Shown here piece by piece: positions 39,223 to 49,180 of a stretch of DNA of 64,000 nucleotides. The notes beneath the pieces were generated by a model that was given only the letters and a program-made list of their open reading frames with translations, was not told where the DNA came from and made no database searches. Within the stretch, counting starts at the first letter, position 1, and every line of letters begins with the position of its first letter. The DNA comes from an uncultured Candidatus Saccharibacteria bacterium (GTDB lineage Bacteria; Patescibacteriota; Minisyncoccia; Phycocordibacterales; UBA12445), in the NCBI GenBank assembly GCA_964531375.1, contig CAZHDO010000004.1, forward strand, positions 147-64,146, read 5' to 3'. The position numbers and the translations under genes were made by a program.

Positions 39223-39681
39223 TTAAGGTGTTACATCGTACACGTTAGCGGCTGTGCCGTCGAATCCACCTGTTGTGGCGGCTGCTGCGAAACAAGCACC
39301 TGTGCCTGTAATAAGCGAATTACAGTCTCTGTCATTAGCTAGTACGCCCGTTCCTGCGGCAACTTGTTCCAACGTGGCTCCTAGGTGATAACTTGTTCCA
39401 TCTGGAGAAGCAGCGTAACTATAAGCAACTCCTGGTGTTGGAGCAACAGGTGCAGCTGCTAAAAACTCAGAACCAATAGCTGCGATTGTAGCTGGATAAG
39501 ACTGATTTGTATCATAATACAAACCCAAAGCTGTCTTAATTTCTCCAATATCTGCTACCCTCTTCGCATCTCTGGCCTTTGTCCTAGCGCTTTGTAATGA
39601 TACAACTACGACTGATGATAGAATGCCGATGATTGCAATAACAACGAGCAATTCAATCAATGTAAAACCTTTCTTTTTCAT
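39223..39681 (-). CDS. Type IV major pilin-like protein
   Basis: MKKKG/FTLIELLVVIAIIGILSS, ARDAKR. Confidence 0.92.
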   Translation of the reverse strand: MKKKGFTLIELLVVIAIIGILSSVVVVSLQSARTKARDAKRVADIGEIKTALGLYYDTNQSYPATIAAIGSEFLAAAPVAPTPGVAYSYAASPDGTSYHLGATLEQVAAGTGVLANDRDCNSLITGTGACFAAAATTGGFDGTAANVYDVTP

Positions 39682-39711
39682 TTATTTTTAATGATTACTA
39701 ATAATTTATAA

Positions 39712-40239
39712 TTAATTTATTAACGTATAACAAGCTATCCCAGTATCACCAGTCAAACATTTTGCTGGATTCGCATCTGTACCAGTAGGTAAACCTAACC
39801 ACGAAGCATGCTCAGCACTCCCAGCGCACACAACCCAACCAGTACCTGGTGTCCAACTTTCAAGAGAGGATGATTGCAGTGCAGGACTCCCATTTTCTAA
39901 AGTAACGCTCATTTTAAATCTTGTACACTTGGTATTGTTTGTGTTACTGGCATAAGCTGTGTAAGTATAAGTATTATTAGCGGGATCGCTTGGTAAAACA
40001 CTCATATACTTTGACCCATTTAGAGTGGCCAGAGTTGGAGGAACTTGACCGAGATTATCATCGGCATACATTGTTAACGCTAATTGTATATTTTGAAGAT
40101 CTGAGATCCTCTTTGCATCCCTCCCCTTTGACCTTGCGGCACCCAACGATGTCAAAACTGTTGCAGCAAGCATACCAATTATGGCGATAACCACAAGAAG
40201 TTCTATAAGCGTAAAACCTTTATTTTTATTCTTATGCAT
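39712..40239 (-). CDS. Type IV major pilin-like protein, second copy (start ATG 40239)
   Basis: MHKNKNKG/FTLIELLVVIAIIGMLAA, GRDAKR. Confidence 0.92.
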   Translation of the reverse strand: MHKNKNKGFTLIELLVVIAIIGMLAATVLTSLGAARSKGRDAKRISDLQNIQLALTMYADDNLGQVPPTLATLNGSKYMSVLPSDPANNTYTYTAYASNTNNTKCTRFKMSVTLENGSPALQSSSLESWTPGTGWVVCAGSAEHASWLGLPTGTDANPAKCLTGDTGIACYTLIN

Positions 40240-40272
40240 TTTGTTTTTAATAATATTAATATTTATAAATTT

Positions 40273-40312
40273 TAAATTAAATCTGGATTGCTTCGCCCAA
40301 AGCTCGCAATGA
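40273..40312 (+). repeat. 40-bp direct repeat, copy 1 (REP-like GATTGCTTCG...CTCGCAATGA)
   Basis: 39/40 identical to 40657-40696. Confidence 0.9.
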
Positions 40313-40321
40313 TGGGACGGA

Positions 40322-40657
40322 CTACGAAGTGGCAAGTTCTAAATTTTTAATTCTTTTGCCGTGGTCGATAATCGCAATTTCCTCAAATTCTTCCATTCTA
40401 TTATTTATCGTAAATACCTCTTTATGTAAGCCGTCGAGACTAACTTTCATAGAAGAAATATCAGTTTTAATTGAAGAAACATCTGATTCTAAAGAATTAA
40501 GTCTACTATCTACAATATCAAATCTTTTATCAATAGACTCAAACCTCTTATCAACAGATTCGAAACCATTTAACACGGCCTTTGCAAGCTGGTCTATGTT
40601 TTTATTAACCTCCCTGATTTCCCCAACCAAATCATCAATTGTAGTTTCTTTTTTCAT
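40322..40657 (-). CDS. Coiled-coil heptad-repeat protein
   Basis: KKETTIDDL...GFESVDKRFESIDKRF heptads. Confidence 0.8.
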   Translation of the reverse strand: MKKETTIDDLVGEIREVNKNIDQLAKAVLNGFESVDKRFESIDKRFDIVDSRLNSLESDVSSIKTDISSMKVSLDGLHKEVFTINNRMEEFEEIAIIDHGKRIKNLELATS

Positions 40658-40696
40658 AAATTAAATCTGGATTGCTTCGCCCACAGCTCGCAATGA
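40657..40696 (+). repeat. 40-bp direct repeat, copy 2
   Basis: 39/40 identical to 40273-40312. Confidence 0.9.
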
Positions 40697-40842
40697 CGAG
40701 TGAGTGAAGATGAAAGTATCACTTGCCATCGACCTGTTAAAGTAAAAGCAAGGGATAATTTCCTATGCTGACAATTTTACTACTATCGCAAGTTAAATGC
40801 AAAAGTGGTGGTGGGGATAAATTAGAGGATAAATCGAAAAAG

Positions 40843-41064
40843 ACAAGATTAAGGACCGTATTGGGAATCAGAAACGTTGTTTCCAAAAAGGAAGCTACGT
40901 TTCGGTTGGTGATAGATGGTGGTAATTAAAAATTGAGATTAATAGTGGCAAGATTAAATGGCCGTATTGGGAAATCAGAAACGTGGCTTCCACAGGAAGA
41001 CACGTTTCGCAGGTGGTAATACACCAATAGCGAAACGTCGTTTCCTTTTTGGAAACGACGTTTC
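40843..41064. repeat. Cluster of GAAACG-type palindromic hairpins (block 2), internally duplicated
   Basis: Hairpins at 40871-903, 40978-41008 and 41032-64; CAAGATTAA..CCGTATTGGGAA.TCAGAAACGT occurs twice. Confidence 0.85.
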
Positions 41065-41081
41065 TGAGACACCACGCTAGA

Positions 41082-42287
41082 TTAAATTCCGGTTGTGATG
41101 TTGTAGATTGGGCCGAGGACAGATGTGAGAAGAATACCAACAGCGAGACCAAGGACGACAATCATTAATGGTTCGATAAGACCGACTAAAGATTCGACGG
41201 CATTGTCTACTTCCCTCTTGTAAAATCTAGACATTGTCTTTAAGACGAAACCAAGGTTACCCGTCTCTTCGCCAATCTTTATCATTTGAATAAGAATTGC
41301 TGGCATTTGTGGGTATTGGCCGAGCGACTTCGAGAGAGAATTACCGGCCTTAACTTGCGTAACTGTTTCAAGGAGAATACCTCGATATAGGTCCGAGCCG
41401 ACAACGTCCGCTGTAATCTCAACTGAGCGCACCATTGCAACACCGCTTGAAATAAGCGTATCCATATTTTCTGAAAAACGAGACAAATAGAACATTTTAT
41501 AAAGATTTCCAACATAAGGTGTTCTCATTTTTATATCGGCAAGTATTGCCTGACCTTCTTTTGATTTTGAATATTTATAGAAAAAATATCCAGCAAAAAC
41601 AAGAGCGACAATTATTAATATACCGTTGTTCAACAAGAACTGGCTCAACGCAATAATAATTTTTGTGTAAATCGGGATATCACCGCCTGTTTCGGTAAGA
41701 ATATCTGTAAGTTTCGGAATAACAAAAACCAACATTAAAATCATAACAATGATAAATGAAGCAATGACAAATGCGGGATAAATAAGAGCGTTCTTTGCCT
41801 TTGAAACTAATTCGTATTCCCTCTCAAGATGGTCTGCTAAGTAATTAAAAGATTGATTTAACTTACCGGACTCCTCTCCAGACCTAACCATACTTACGAA
41901 AAATGGGGTAAATGCATTCTCATGCTTAGCCATAGCCGAAGAAATAGAAATACCGCTCTGAAGGTCATCTGCGATAGAAAGCATAACCTTTGTAAGTTGA
42001 GGATTATCTACCCCACTAGCAAGCAATTTAAAAGAATCGAGTGCAGAAACCTTGGCTTCAAATAACGTCGCAATCTGGCGAGACATAATAACCAGGTCCC
42101 TCTGACTAATACTTTGGAATTGCTCGAAAAATCTAGCGACGCCAACACTTTCACCGACAGGGTTTATTGAAACAACAATAAGTCCTTTTCTCTGTAGGGC
42201 GGTTATCGCTATGTCCATAGAAACAGCGTCAAAAACGCCTTCTTTTGGTTCATTCGCCTCGGTTATTGCTTTATAATTAAATAACAT
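41082..42287 (-). CDS. pilC: Type IV pilus inner-membrane platform protein
   Basis: Two GspF domains, GEESGKL, ALIYPAF, GEETGNL, LIEP. Confidence 0.95.
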   Translation of the reverse strand: MLFNYKAITEANEPKEGVFDAVSMDIAITALQRKGLIVVSINPVGESVGVARFFEQFQSISQRDLVIMSRQIATLFEAKVSALDSFKLLASGVDNPQLTKVMLSIADDLQSGISISSAMAKHENAFTPFFVSMVRSGEESGKLNQSFNYLADHLEREYELVSKAKNALIYPAFVIASFIIVMILMLVFVIPKLTDILTETGGDIPIYTKIIIALSQFLLNNGILIIVALVFAGYFFYKYSKSKEGQAILADIKMRTPYVGNLYKMFYLSRFSENMDTLISSGVAMVRSVEITADVVGSDLYRGILLETVTQVKAGNSLSKSLGQYPQMPAILIQMIKIGEETGNLGFVLKTMSRFYKREVDNAVESLVGLIEPLMIVVLGLAVGILLTSVLGPIYNITTGI

Positions 42288-42376
42288 AAGATGATTAAAT
42301 TAATGATTACGAGTTATGAAATAAATTATAACATATTTGAGCCCGTAAAGTCGAAACTAGCTGTGAATAATTTAAA

Positions 42377-43441
42377 TTAAAGCAATCTTTCTAAACTTCT
42401 TGGACTTAATGAATGCTTTATTGCACTTTCAACGGTTATTTCTCCCCTTCGAACAAGATCCGCAAGAGAATGATTTAAATCAACCATTCCCGCCTCTGTA
42501 CCGGTTTCAATAACAACATTTATCTCAGCAGTCCTCCCCTCTCTTATTAAATTTGATACTGCGTTATTATTTATCAAAAGTTCGTAAGCTGGAATTAATC
42601 CACCTGAAATTCTTGGGATAAGTCTTTGAGAAAATACACCAAGCAAAGTAACAGATAGCTGAATTTTTATTTGAGACTGCTGATCTCCGGGAAAAGAATC
42701 GATAATTCTATCGATGGTCTGTGCTGCGTTGTTTGTATGTAATGTCGAAAGAATTAAATGACCTGTCTCAGCGGCAGTGACAGCCGTGCTTATTGTTTCT
42801 GGTGCTCTCATTTCACCAATCATCGCAACGTTTATGTCTTGTCGGAACATAGACTTTAGGGCTGATGGGAAACTTTCAGTATCAAATCGCACTTCGCGCT
42901 GGTCTATTATTGATCTATCACTTTCAAACAAATATTCAATAGGATCTTCAATTGTAAGAATGTGCTCTGCTCTTTCTCTATTTATATGATCAACCATTGC
43001 TGCGAGGGTTGTAGATTTACCTTGTCCGACAGGACCAACAACCAAAAAGAAACCTTGTTCTTTAAAAGCAAACTCCTCAAGAACAGGTGGCAAGCTAAGC
43101 TCTTTCATGCTTCTAATCTTCTTTGGAATTACCCTAAGAGCGCACCCAATCTGACCCTTTTGAAAAAAACCATTACCCCTAAACCTAACACCATGGGAAG
43201 AATCGTAGGCAAAATCAATATCTTTGTTTTGTAAAAACTTCTGTTTATTCTCTTCATTCAAAAGCTCAAAAATCAAACCCCTTGTATCTTCTGCTGTCAA
43301 AATTGGCTTAGAAACAAGCGGAATCAATTCACCAGACACTCTTATGCTTGGCTTTCTTCCGGCCGTGATGTGCAAATCAGAAGCGCCTTCTTTAAGAGTT
43401 ATACTAACTAATTCCTCTATTTGATTCTTGTAGTCGGTCAT
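42377..43441 (-). CDS. pilT: Type IV pilus retraction ATPase
   Basis: ASDLH, GPVGQGKSTT, TIEDPIE, AAETGHL, NLIRE. Confidence 0.95.
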   Translation of the reverse strand: MTDYKNQIEELVSITLKEGASDLHITAGRKPSIRVSGELIPLVSKPILTAEDTRGLIFELLNEENKQKFLQNKDIDFAYDSSHGVRFRGNGFFQKGQIGCALRVIPKKIRSMKELSLPPVLEEFAFKEQGFFLVVGPVGQGKSTTLAAMVDHINRERAEHILTIEDPIEYLFESDRSIIDQREVRFDTESFPSALKSMFRQDINVAMIGEMRAPETISTAVTAAETGHLILSTLHTNNAAQTIDRIIDSFPGDQQSQIKIQLSVTLLGVFSQRLIPRISGGLIPAYELLINNNAVSNLIREGRTAEINVVIETGTEAGMVDLNHSLADLVRRGEITVESAIKHSLSPRSLERLL

Positions 43442-43478
43442 ATTAAATAAATTATATTAAAATTTTAAATCGTAAAAA

Positions 43479-45056
43479 TTACAACTTACCTACCTCCTCA
43501 AAACCAATCTCGCCCTTAAAAGCCTTAAGGATAGCGTCTTCTCTCATTGTCTTCATACCCTTACTTCGCGCCAACTTTCTAACGTCGTCTTCGGATGGGT
43601 TTGTAAAAATGAGATTTTGCATATCTCGGTCAACTGTAAGTGCCTCAAGAACAGGCGTTCTTCCTCTATTTCCCGTAGAGCAAGTCGCAGATGGTTTTGC
43701 GTTATACACAACATCTGGAATTTTAATGTCTTTTCTTATCTCTTCAGGTAAATCTGCAAACTGAGCTTCAATGGTCGCTCTCATTTCTGGAGTTACGGGA
43801 ATTTCGCTCTTTGATTCTGAACACAATGTACCAACAAGTCTTTGTCCAATAACCAGGGTTAAGGTAGGAGCAATTAAATAAGGCTCGATTCCCATATCTA
43901 TTAGTCTAGGAATAGCAGCGATCGCATTATTTGTGTGAAGTGTTGAGAATACAATATGACCAGTCAAAGCAGCTTGAATAGCAAGTCTTGCTGTAATGGC
44001 ATCTCGAATTTCTCCCACCATTATAATATCAGGGTCCTGTCTTAAGATAGAACGCAAGCCACTAGCAAAAGTGTATTTAATTTCCGGACGAACTTGCGAC
44101 TGACTAACACCCTTAATATTGTATTCAATTGGATCTTCCAAACTGACGACGTTGTTCTCTTCTCTGTCGACTTCATTCATCATCGAATAAAGAGTTGTCG
44201 TTTTACCGGAACCTGTCGGTCCTGTAACAAGAATAAGGCCGTATGGCTTATCCATCGCCTCTTTAATAGCTTTCATGTGCGTCTCACTAAAACCAAGATC
44301 GTTAATTTTTTTAACACCTTTTTCAAAATCAAGGATTCTTAGCACAACTTTTTCGCCAAAATAAGTTGGGAAAGTAGAAACACGAAAATCTATTTGTCTT
44401 CCTTCTATTCTAGTAGAAAATCTTCCGTCTTGCGGAACCCTCTTTTCGTCCAGTTTCATATTTGTAAGAATTTTAATTCTCGCAACAATAGCATCTGCAA
44501 TATTTAAAGGAAGTGTGATACTTGTGTTTAAAACGCCGTCCATTCTAAACCTAACTTGTACCTTATCTAAGGTCGGCTCAATGTGAATATCGGAAGCGTT
44601 ACCGGTAACTGCATTTTGAATGATAACAGAAACTATCTTCGCCATTGGGGCGTCTTCTTTGTTTACTTCAAGAGTCTTAGAGGAAATATCTTTCATCAAT
44701 TCGTTCGTCACAGAATCTGCCGTCATTGGCATACCTTGTGTTGTGGCAAATTGCTGAAGAGCTTGATGTACTTCCCCCGACATTTCCTTATAACCGCCCA
44801 AGACAAGCTTCAGGTCGTCTTCTGAAATTACAAAGATTTTAAAAGGCAAATTGTGTTTATTTGCAGTAAAAGAAATAGCGTCTCTTGTCTCGATACTTTC
44901 TGGATCAATAACTCCAAATTCCAAAACCCCATCTTTAAAATCGATAGGCACAAATTTATAATAAGAGGCTGATTCCTCTGGAACATACTTCAAAACCTCC
45001 AGATTCGCAATTTTTCCTCCTAGGTCTCTCTTAGGGACTTCTTTTTTTGTATCCAT
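43479..45056 (-). CDS. pilB: Type IV pilus assembly ATPase
   Basis: ASDIHIEP, PQDGR, GPTGSGKTTT, LRQDPDIIMVGEIRD. Confidence 0.95.
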   Translation of the reverse strand: MDTKKEVPKRDLGGKIANLEVLKYVPEESASYYKFVPIDFKDGVLEFGVIDPESIETRDAISFTANKHNLPFKIFVISEDDLKLVLGGYKEMSGEVHQALQQFATTQGMPMTADSVTNELMKDISSKTLEVNKEDAPMAKIVSVIIQNAVTGNASDIHIEPTLDKVQVRFRMDGVLNTSITLPLNIADAIVARIKILTNMKLDEKRVPQDGRFSTRIEGRQIDFRVSTFPTYFGEKVVLRILDFEKGVKKINDLGFSETHMKAIKEAMDKPYGLILVTGPTGSGKTTTLYSMMNEVDREENNVVSLEDPIEYNIKGVSQSQVRPEIKYTFASGLRSILRQDPDIIMVGEIRDAITARLAIQAALTGHIVFSTLHTNNAIAAIPRLIDMGIEPYLIAPTLTLVIGQRLVGTLCSESKSEIPVTPEMRATIEAQFADLPEEIRKDIKIPDVVYNAKPSATCSTGNRGRTPVLEALTVDRDMQNLIFTNPSEDDVRKLARSKGMKTMREDAILKAFKGEIGFEEVGKL

Positions 45057-45087
45057 TTTTTAATATCGTAATTTCTCGACAACTCTT

Positions 45088-45149
45088 GTCATTGCAAGAA
45101 AATAGTATTAATTCAAATCTGGATAATTTCACTCACATCCCGCAATGAC
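45088..45149. repeat. Degenerate full-hairpin copy of the GTCATTGC...GCAATGAC repeat
   Basis: Terminal GTCATTGC/GCAATGAC and internal AAATCTGGAT shared with the 40.3 and 40.7 kb copies. Confidence 0.65.
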
Positions 45150-45170
45150 GAGGGCATGAGCACAAGAAAA

Positions 45171-45587
45171 CTAATCGCTAAGAACCTTCTTAACAGGGGC
45201 TGTTGTTGTAGCTGACTTTGCAACTACGACAGGGGTCGCAGTTTTTTGAACTTCGGTAACTTGTGTCGTCTTTGTGTTTAAAGCCTGTGCACCGAAAGGA
45301 GCAAAAGGGTTAATTCGTCCTTTTTCTTCAGGAGTTAACTCCCTGCCTTGATCCTGTAAACCATTCTTTAAAACTTTATTTTCAAAAACAGCCTTGTCTA
45401 ATGAGATATTTTTAATGGAGGATATTTTCTTTAAGAATATGGATATATTATTCTCTTCTGTGTTCTTTGTAGTTATAAGCCCGCTTGATACAGCACCTGC
45501 GCCACTTGTGCCTGTATATAAATAAACAGACAAAAGAACAATGAAAGCAAGTACTCCAATCAAAATATTTGTTTTTTTTGAGTCCAT
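45171..45587 (-). CDS. Membrane-anchored pilus assembly protein (PilP position)
   Basis: TM, GRINPFAP motif, follows pilO. Confidence 0.7.
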   Translation of the reverse strand: MDSKKTNILIGVLAFIVLLSVYLYTGTSGAGAVSSGLITTKNTEENNISIFLKKISSIKNISLDKAVFENKVLKNGLQDQGRELTPEEKGRINPFAPFGAQALNTKTTQVTEVQKTATPVVVAKSATTTAPVKKVLSD

Positions 45588-45591
45588 ATTT

Positions 45592-46131
45592 TTATATTGT
45601 TTCCTTTAGCCAATAAGTTTTTAATTCTACGTTATATTCATTAATATCCTTATCCCCCGCCGTGAAGCTCACAGAAGAAGCATCAACAATTCTCAAGCTA
45701 TTCTCAAGATCGGTCAAGAAAGATCTAAATTTGTCATACGGAGCTGATACAGAAAATCTTAGGGTAGCTGTGCCGTAATCTTTTGAAGCTTCTTGAGGAT
45801 TCTGAGTGTCATTGTTTGTCTTAAGATCAATATTCCTAATCTTCATCTGATACCTAGAAGCCACATCATCAATATCAATAACAAGCTTAATATTGTCAAT
45901 ACTATCTGGTAGGAGTTTATTTATCTTTGTCCTTTCCTCGTCAGTGAAATTATTATATAAACCTTCTTTTTGAGCCAAAATGGTTCTTAAATTTTTACTT
46001 TCAGATAAGGAATTATTCAAAGAATCTCTTGTCGACGAAAGTGCAGATATATTGGTCATTAATGGATTTATAGAGCCAAAATAGACCAAGACTGAAACGG
46101 CCAATAAAATTGTTGTTACTAAGTAATTCAT
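45592..46131 (-). CDS. pilO: Type IV pilus assembly protein PilO-like
   Basis: TM, KLLPD, FLTDLENSLRIVD, LKTYW. Confidence 0.85.
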   Translation of the reverse strand: MNYLVTTILLAVSVLVYFGSINPLMTNISALSSTRDSLNNSLSESKNLRTILAQKEGLYNNFTDEERTKINKLLPDSIDNIKLVIDIDDVASRYQMKIRNIDLKTNNDTQNPQEASKDYGTATLRFSVSAPYDKFRSFLTDLENSLRIVDASSVSFTAGDKDINEYNVELKTYWLKETI

Positions 46132-46134
46132 ATT

Positions 46135-46773
46135 TTAAATGCTATTTTTTATACCATCAAGGTTCTTATAAAAGACCAAATCAGGTTTAACACTTGCAGA
46201 TGCCTTGAATACAACATTGCCTGTGAGCGAAGGATTTAAGTCAGAAAAAATTACATTTGTGAAATCCTTGTCCCCTGTTTTCTTTGAAGCATTAAACTCT
46301 TTGACCTGAAGAGCGATGCTTGAGTAATTCAACGACTCCCCGCTTAATTTTAAATCAACAGACTGATTGTCTTTGTTTGTGTATTTAAAATCATTATATC
46401 GAACATCCTTTATGGTTGACTCTTCGAGGAAACCAAAAAGATTTCTTAAAGTGATGTGGCCATCCAAAAGACTTCCTATTGTCTTAAGTTTCGAATCGAA
46501 CCTAATCATTTCTGTCATTAAGGTGTTTTTGTTCTCAAGTTCGGACTGTACTTTCGCCAAATCTGATTTTATTCCAGCAATTGAACTATCCAGAGTGGCT
46601 TTATAAACATAAGCGCCACCATAAACAGACAACGTTGTAATAAAAATTATTATTGAAATAAAATTTAAAACACCAGAGAAACCGGCTTTCTCTTTTATTA
46701 CCCCTGAAGAAGTGAGTGGCTTCTTTGGGATAAAAGAAGTCTGCACGCTATTTTTTTGAAAATCTCCTATCAT
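46135..46773 (-). CDS. pilN: Type IV pilus assembly protein PilN-like
   Basis: TSFIPK, TM, coiled coil; lies between pilM and pilO. Confidence 0.8.
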   Translation of the reverse strand: MIGDFQKNSVQTSFIPKKPLTSSGVIKEKAGFSGVLNFISIIIFITTLSVYGGAYVYKATLDSSIAGIKSDLAKVQSELENKNTLMTEMIRFDSKLKTIGSLLDGHITLRNLFGFLEESTIKDVRYNDFKYTNKDNQSVDLKLSGESLNYSSIALQVKEFNASKKTGDKDFTNVIFSDLNPSLTGNVVFKASASVKPDLVFYKNLDGIKNSI

Positions 46774-46808
46774 ATTTTAATAATTAATTTATACATTCAT
46801 TATAAAAC

Positions 46809-47930
46809 TTATTGCAGCGCACGTAAAGCAAGGCCTGTGGCTATTGAAAAACCTGAGCCGTTTTCTGCCAAAACCTTTTCCATTATAGCTGGCACTTTAA
46901 CCTTCTTAAAGGAATCGCCCAACTCAACATCTATCTCCAACTCCCTCTTTGCTAATTCCACGATACCTTTTAGCTGTGCGCCACCGCCTGTTAATATTAC
47001 TTTTGCAATTTCTCTTGAATATTTTTTCTGATAAGCCAAAAGTATTTTTTGCGCTTCATAAAATATGTAATCGAGCGTTGGGCTTACGACGGTAGATAGA
47101 TCTCCACCTTCGGAACTATTTAAAACACCCAACCTTCTCTTAGCCTCTTCTGCCTCAGCAAATCCAAAACCTAAAGATTTTTGCAAAGAAATGGTTATAT
47201 CTTGTGAGCCCTTGTCTATAACGTGCGAACTTCGAACAGCTCCGTAGTCAATTATAAAAAGCCTTGACGAAGTCGCGCCGACATCAATAACACCTATCGC
47301 ATTTAAATCGTTATTCAAAACAGCCCTTGCTGCACTGAAAGTCTCTATTTCAAGAGGCGACGTTGTAAGACCAGCTTTTTTTACAATCTCTTCATATGAA
47401 GAAATCATACTTTTGTGAATTGCTACCACTAAAACTTCTATTTTTTCCACCTTTTTAACCTCAGTACCTGGTGCTTCAGCACTAGACTTATTGTCTCCAT
47501 CAAAATCTCTTGAGGGGATTATAAGCCAATCAAGCATAACTTCATTTATTGGAACAGGAATATACTTTCTAGCTTCCATTTGAACAACTTGGTCAATATT
47601 TTTCTCATCAACTTTTGGAATTTCAATAAGCCTCAATAAGCTCGAGCGAAGTGGGACAGAAAAGGTGGCCTCTGTAGCAGTTATGTTTACTTCTTTAAAA
47701 AGGTCTTTCATCGCCTCAACAAGCTTGTCTGGAGGCAAAACAACAGCCTGGCCAACAGCATTTCCCGCATAAGGGCCTAGTGCCATTTCCCCGTAAGTTT
47801 CAAGAATTGCAACACCCTTTTCTTTTCTTAATTGAACAACTTTTATAGAAGATCCGCCAATATCAACACCAACAACACTTCCCTGTTGTTTAAATAAGCC
47901 TAAATTTTTGAATATATCAGTAAATGCCAT
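46809..47930 (-). CDS. pilM: Type IV pilus assembly protein PilM (actin-like)
   Basis: GVDIGGSSIKVVQL, EARKYIP, IDVGA, ILTGGGA, ATGLALR. Confidence 0.95.
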   Translation of the reverse strand: MAFTDIFKNLGLFKQQGSVVGVDIGGSSIKVVQLRKEKGVAILETYGEMALGPYAGNAVGQAVVLPPDKLVEAMKDLFKEVNITATEATFSVPLRSSLLRLIEIPKVDEKNIDQVVQMEARKYIPVPINEVMLDWLIIPSRDFDGDNKSSAEAPGTEVKKVEKIEVLVVAIHKSMISSYEEIVKKAGLTTSPLEIETFSAARAVLNNDLNAIGVIDVGATSSRLFIIDYGAVRSSHVIDKGSQDITISLQKSLGFGFAEAEEAKRRLGVLNSSEGGDLSTVVSPTLDYIFYEAQKILLAYQKKYSREIAKVILTGGGAQLKGIVELAKRELEIDVELGDSFKKVKVPAIMEKVLAENGSGFSIATGLALRALQ

Positions 47931-48035
47931 AGTTTTTTATACTTATAAAACATTATATCACACTTAAACAAAGACCGTATGTCGTAAATGCGCTAGTTAT
48001 CCCCAACCACAACCAAAACATGGTAAAATAAAAAA

Positions 48036-48710
48036 GTGAATAATTTACTAAAAGATACTTTTAATAAAATATTAGACCTTCTTTTGCCCCAAAAGTGTAT
48101 CGGTTGCGGTATTTCGGGTGAACTTTTTTGCGAAGAATGCCTGTATGGTGCGAAAAAATGTGAAAAATATCTTGGGGATGATACTTTTGCAGTATTCTCT
48201 TATAAAGATAAAAACATTAAAAAAGCAATTTCCCTTATAAAGTACAAAGGGGTTAAATATATGACTCCCCCGCTAGCCAAATATATTTACGACCTTGCGC
48301 TAGAAGAAATATCACAAATAAAGATGATGTCGGGAAATAATATTGATGAAAAAATAATTGTTATTCCTGTGCCACTTCACAAAAGCCGTTTAAAAACGAG
48401 GGGTTTTAATCAATCAGAACTTATTGCAAGACAATTTCTAAAACTCGATACAGGAAATTCTTTCTTTCTCGATACAGAATCCCTGGAGCGCGTAAAAGAA
48501 ACGGAAAGTCAGGTTAAAACAGATGGGCGCGAAAAGAGATTAGTAAACCTCAAAGACGCCTTTTGTGTTCCATATCCAGAAAATGTAAAAAATAAGATAA
48601 TACTTCTTGTTGATGATGTTATTACAACAGGCGCGACAATTGATGAATGTCGAAAAACACTTAAAAATGCTGGCGCTAGAAAGGTTTTTGCGGTCGCAAT
48701 TGCACATTAA
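48036..48710 (+). CDS. comF: Competence protein ComF/ComFC
   Basis: CxxC...CxxC, PVPLH, RGFNQSE, LLVDDVITTGAT. Confidence 0.93.
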   Translation: MNNLLKDTFNKILDLLLPQKCIGCGISGELFCEECLYGAKKCEKYLGDDTFAVFSYKDKNIKKAISLIKYKGVKYMTPPLAKYIYDLALEEISQIKMMSGNNIDEKIIVIPVPLHKSRLKTRGFNQSELIARQFLKLDTGNSFFLDTESLERVKETESQVKTDGREKRLVNLKDAFCVPYPENVKNKIILLVDDVITTGATIDECRKTLKNAGARKVFAVAIAH

Positions 48711-48760
48711 AATGAAAAACAGGCCGATATGGCCTGTTTGATTTAAGCCTGGTTTGTAAA

Positions 48761-49102
48761 TCAATGCAAACCGGGGTTCACAATAACACTCCCTACTCGA
48801 ATCTCGGGGTTAAGAAAGCTTCTCCGAACCTCAGCTCGAGTAAAACTGACGAGCAGCTCTCCTTCCACGTCAACATAACCTTTTAACAGGTTACGGATTG
48901 CAAGCCCAGAACCCATACTGAATTTTATATTCTCCGCAACTTCATCGAAGGTTTTTTCAATCTCCTCAATAAGACTCTCGCTGTCCATATTTGCCCCATG
49001 AACAACAAGCTCTGTTGGAGGGATCAAAACACCATTAACTGAAAAGCGAATCCCAAGCACCACTCTCGGTTCTCTTTCTTCAGCATTATTTAAATCACCC
49101 AT
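48761..49102 (-). CDS. Hypothetical protein
   Basis: 113-aa ORF with AAGGAG SD upstream. Confidence 0.65.
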   Translation of the reverse strand: MGDLNNAEEREPRVVLGIRFSVNGVLIPPTELVVHGANMDSESLIEEIEKTFDEVAENIKFSMGSGLAIRNLLKGYVDVEGELLVSFTRAEVRRSFLNPEIRVGSVIVNPGLH

Positions 49103-49180
49103 GACCGATACTCCTTTGTGAATTTACTATCTCTGGGCGAGTTTATAACACATCACAGTCAAAAAGTAAATAGATAAAAA

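Noticed and set aside
40240-40335. Extended N-terminus of the second pilin
   Set aside because: It reads through the REP-like repeat; the class III signal starts at ATG 40239
33208-40657. Diversity-generating retroelement acting on pilins or the adhesin
   Set aside because: No reverse transcriptase and no TR/VR pair with adenine-specific mismatches seen
40273-40696. Integron cassette with attC sites
   Set aside because: No RYYYAAC/GTTRRRY core sites and no integron integrase in the window
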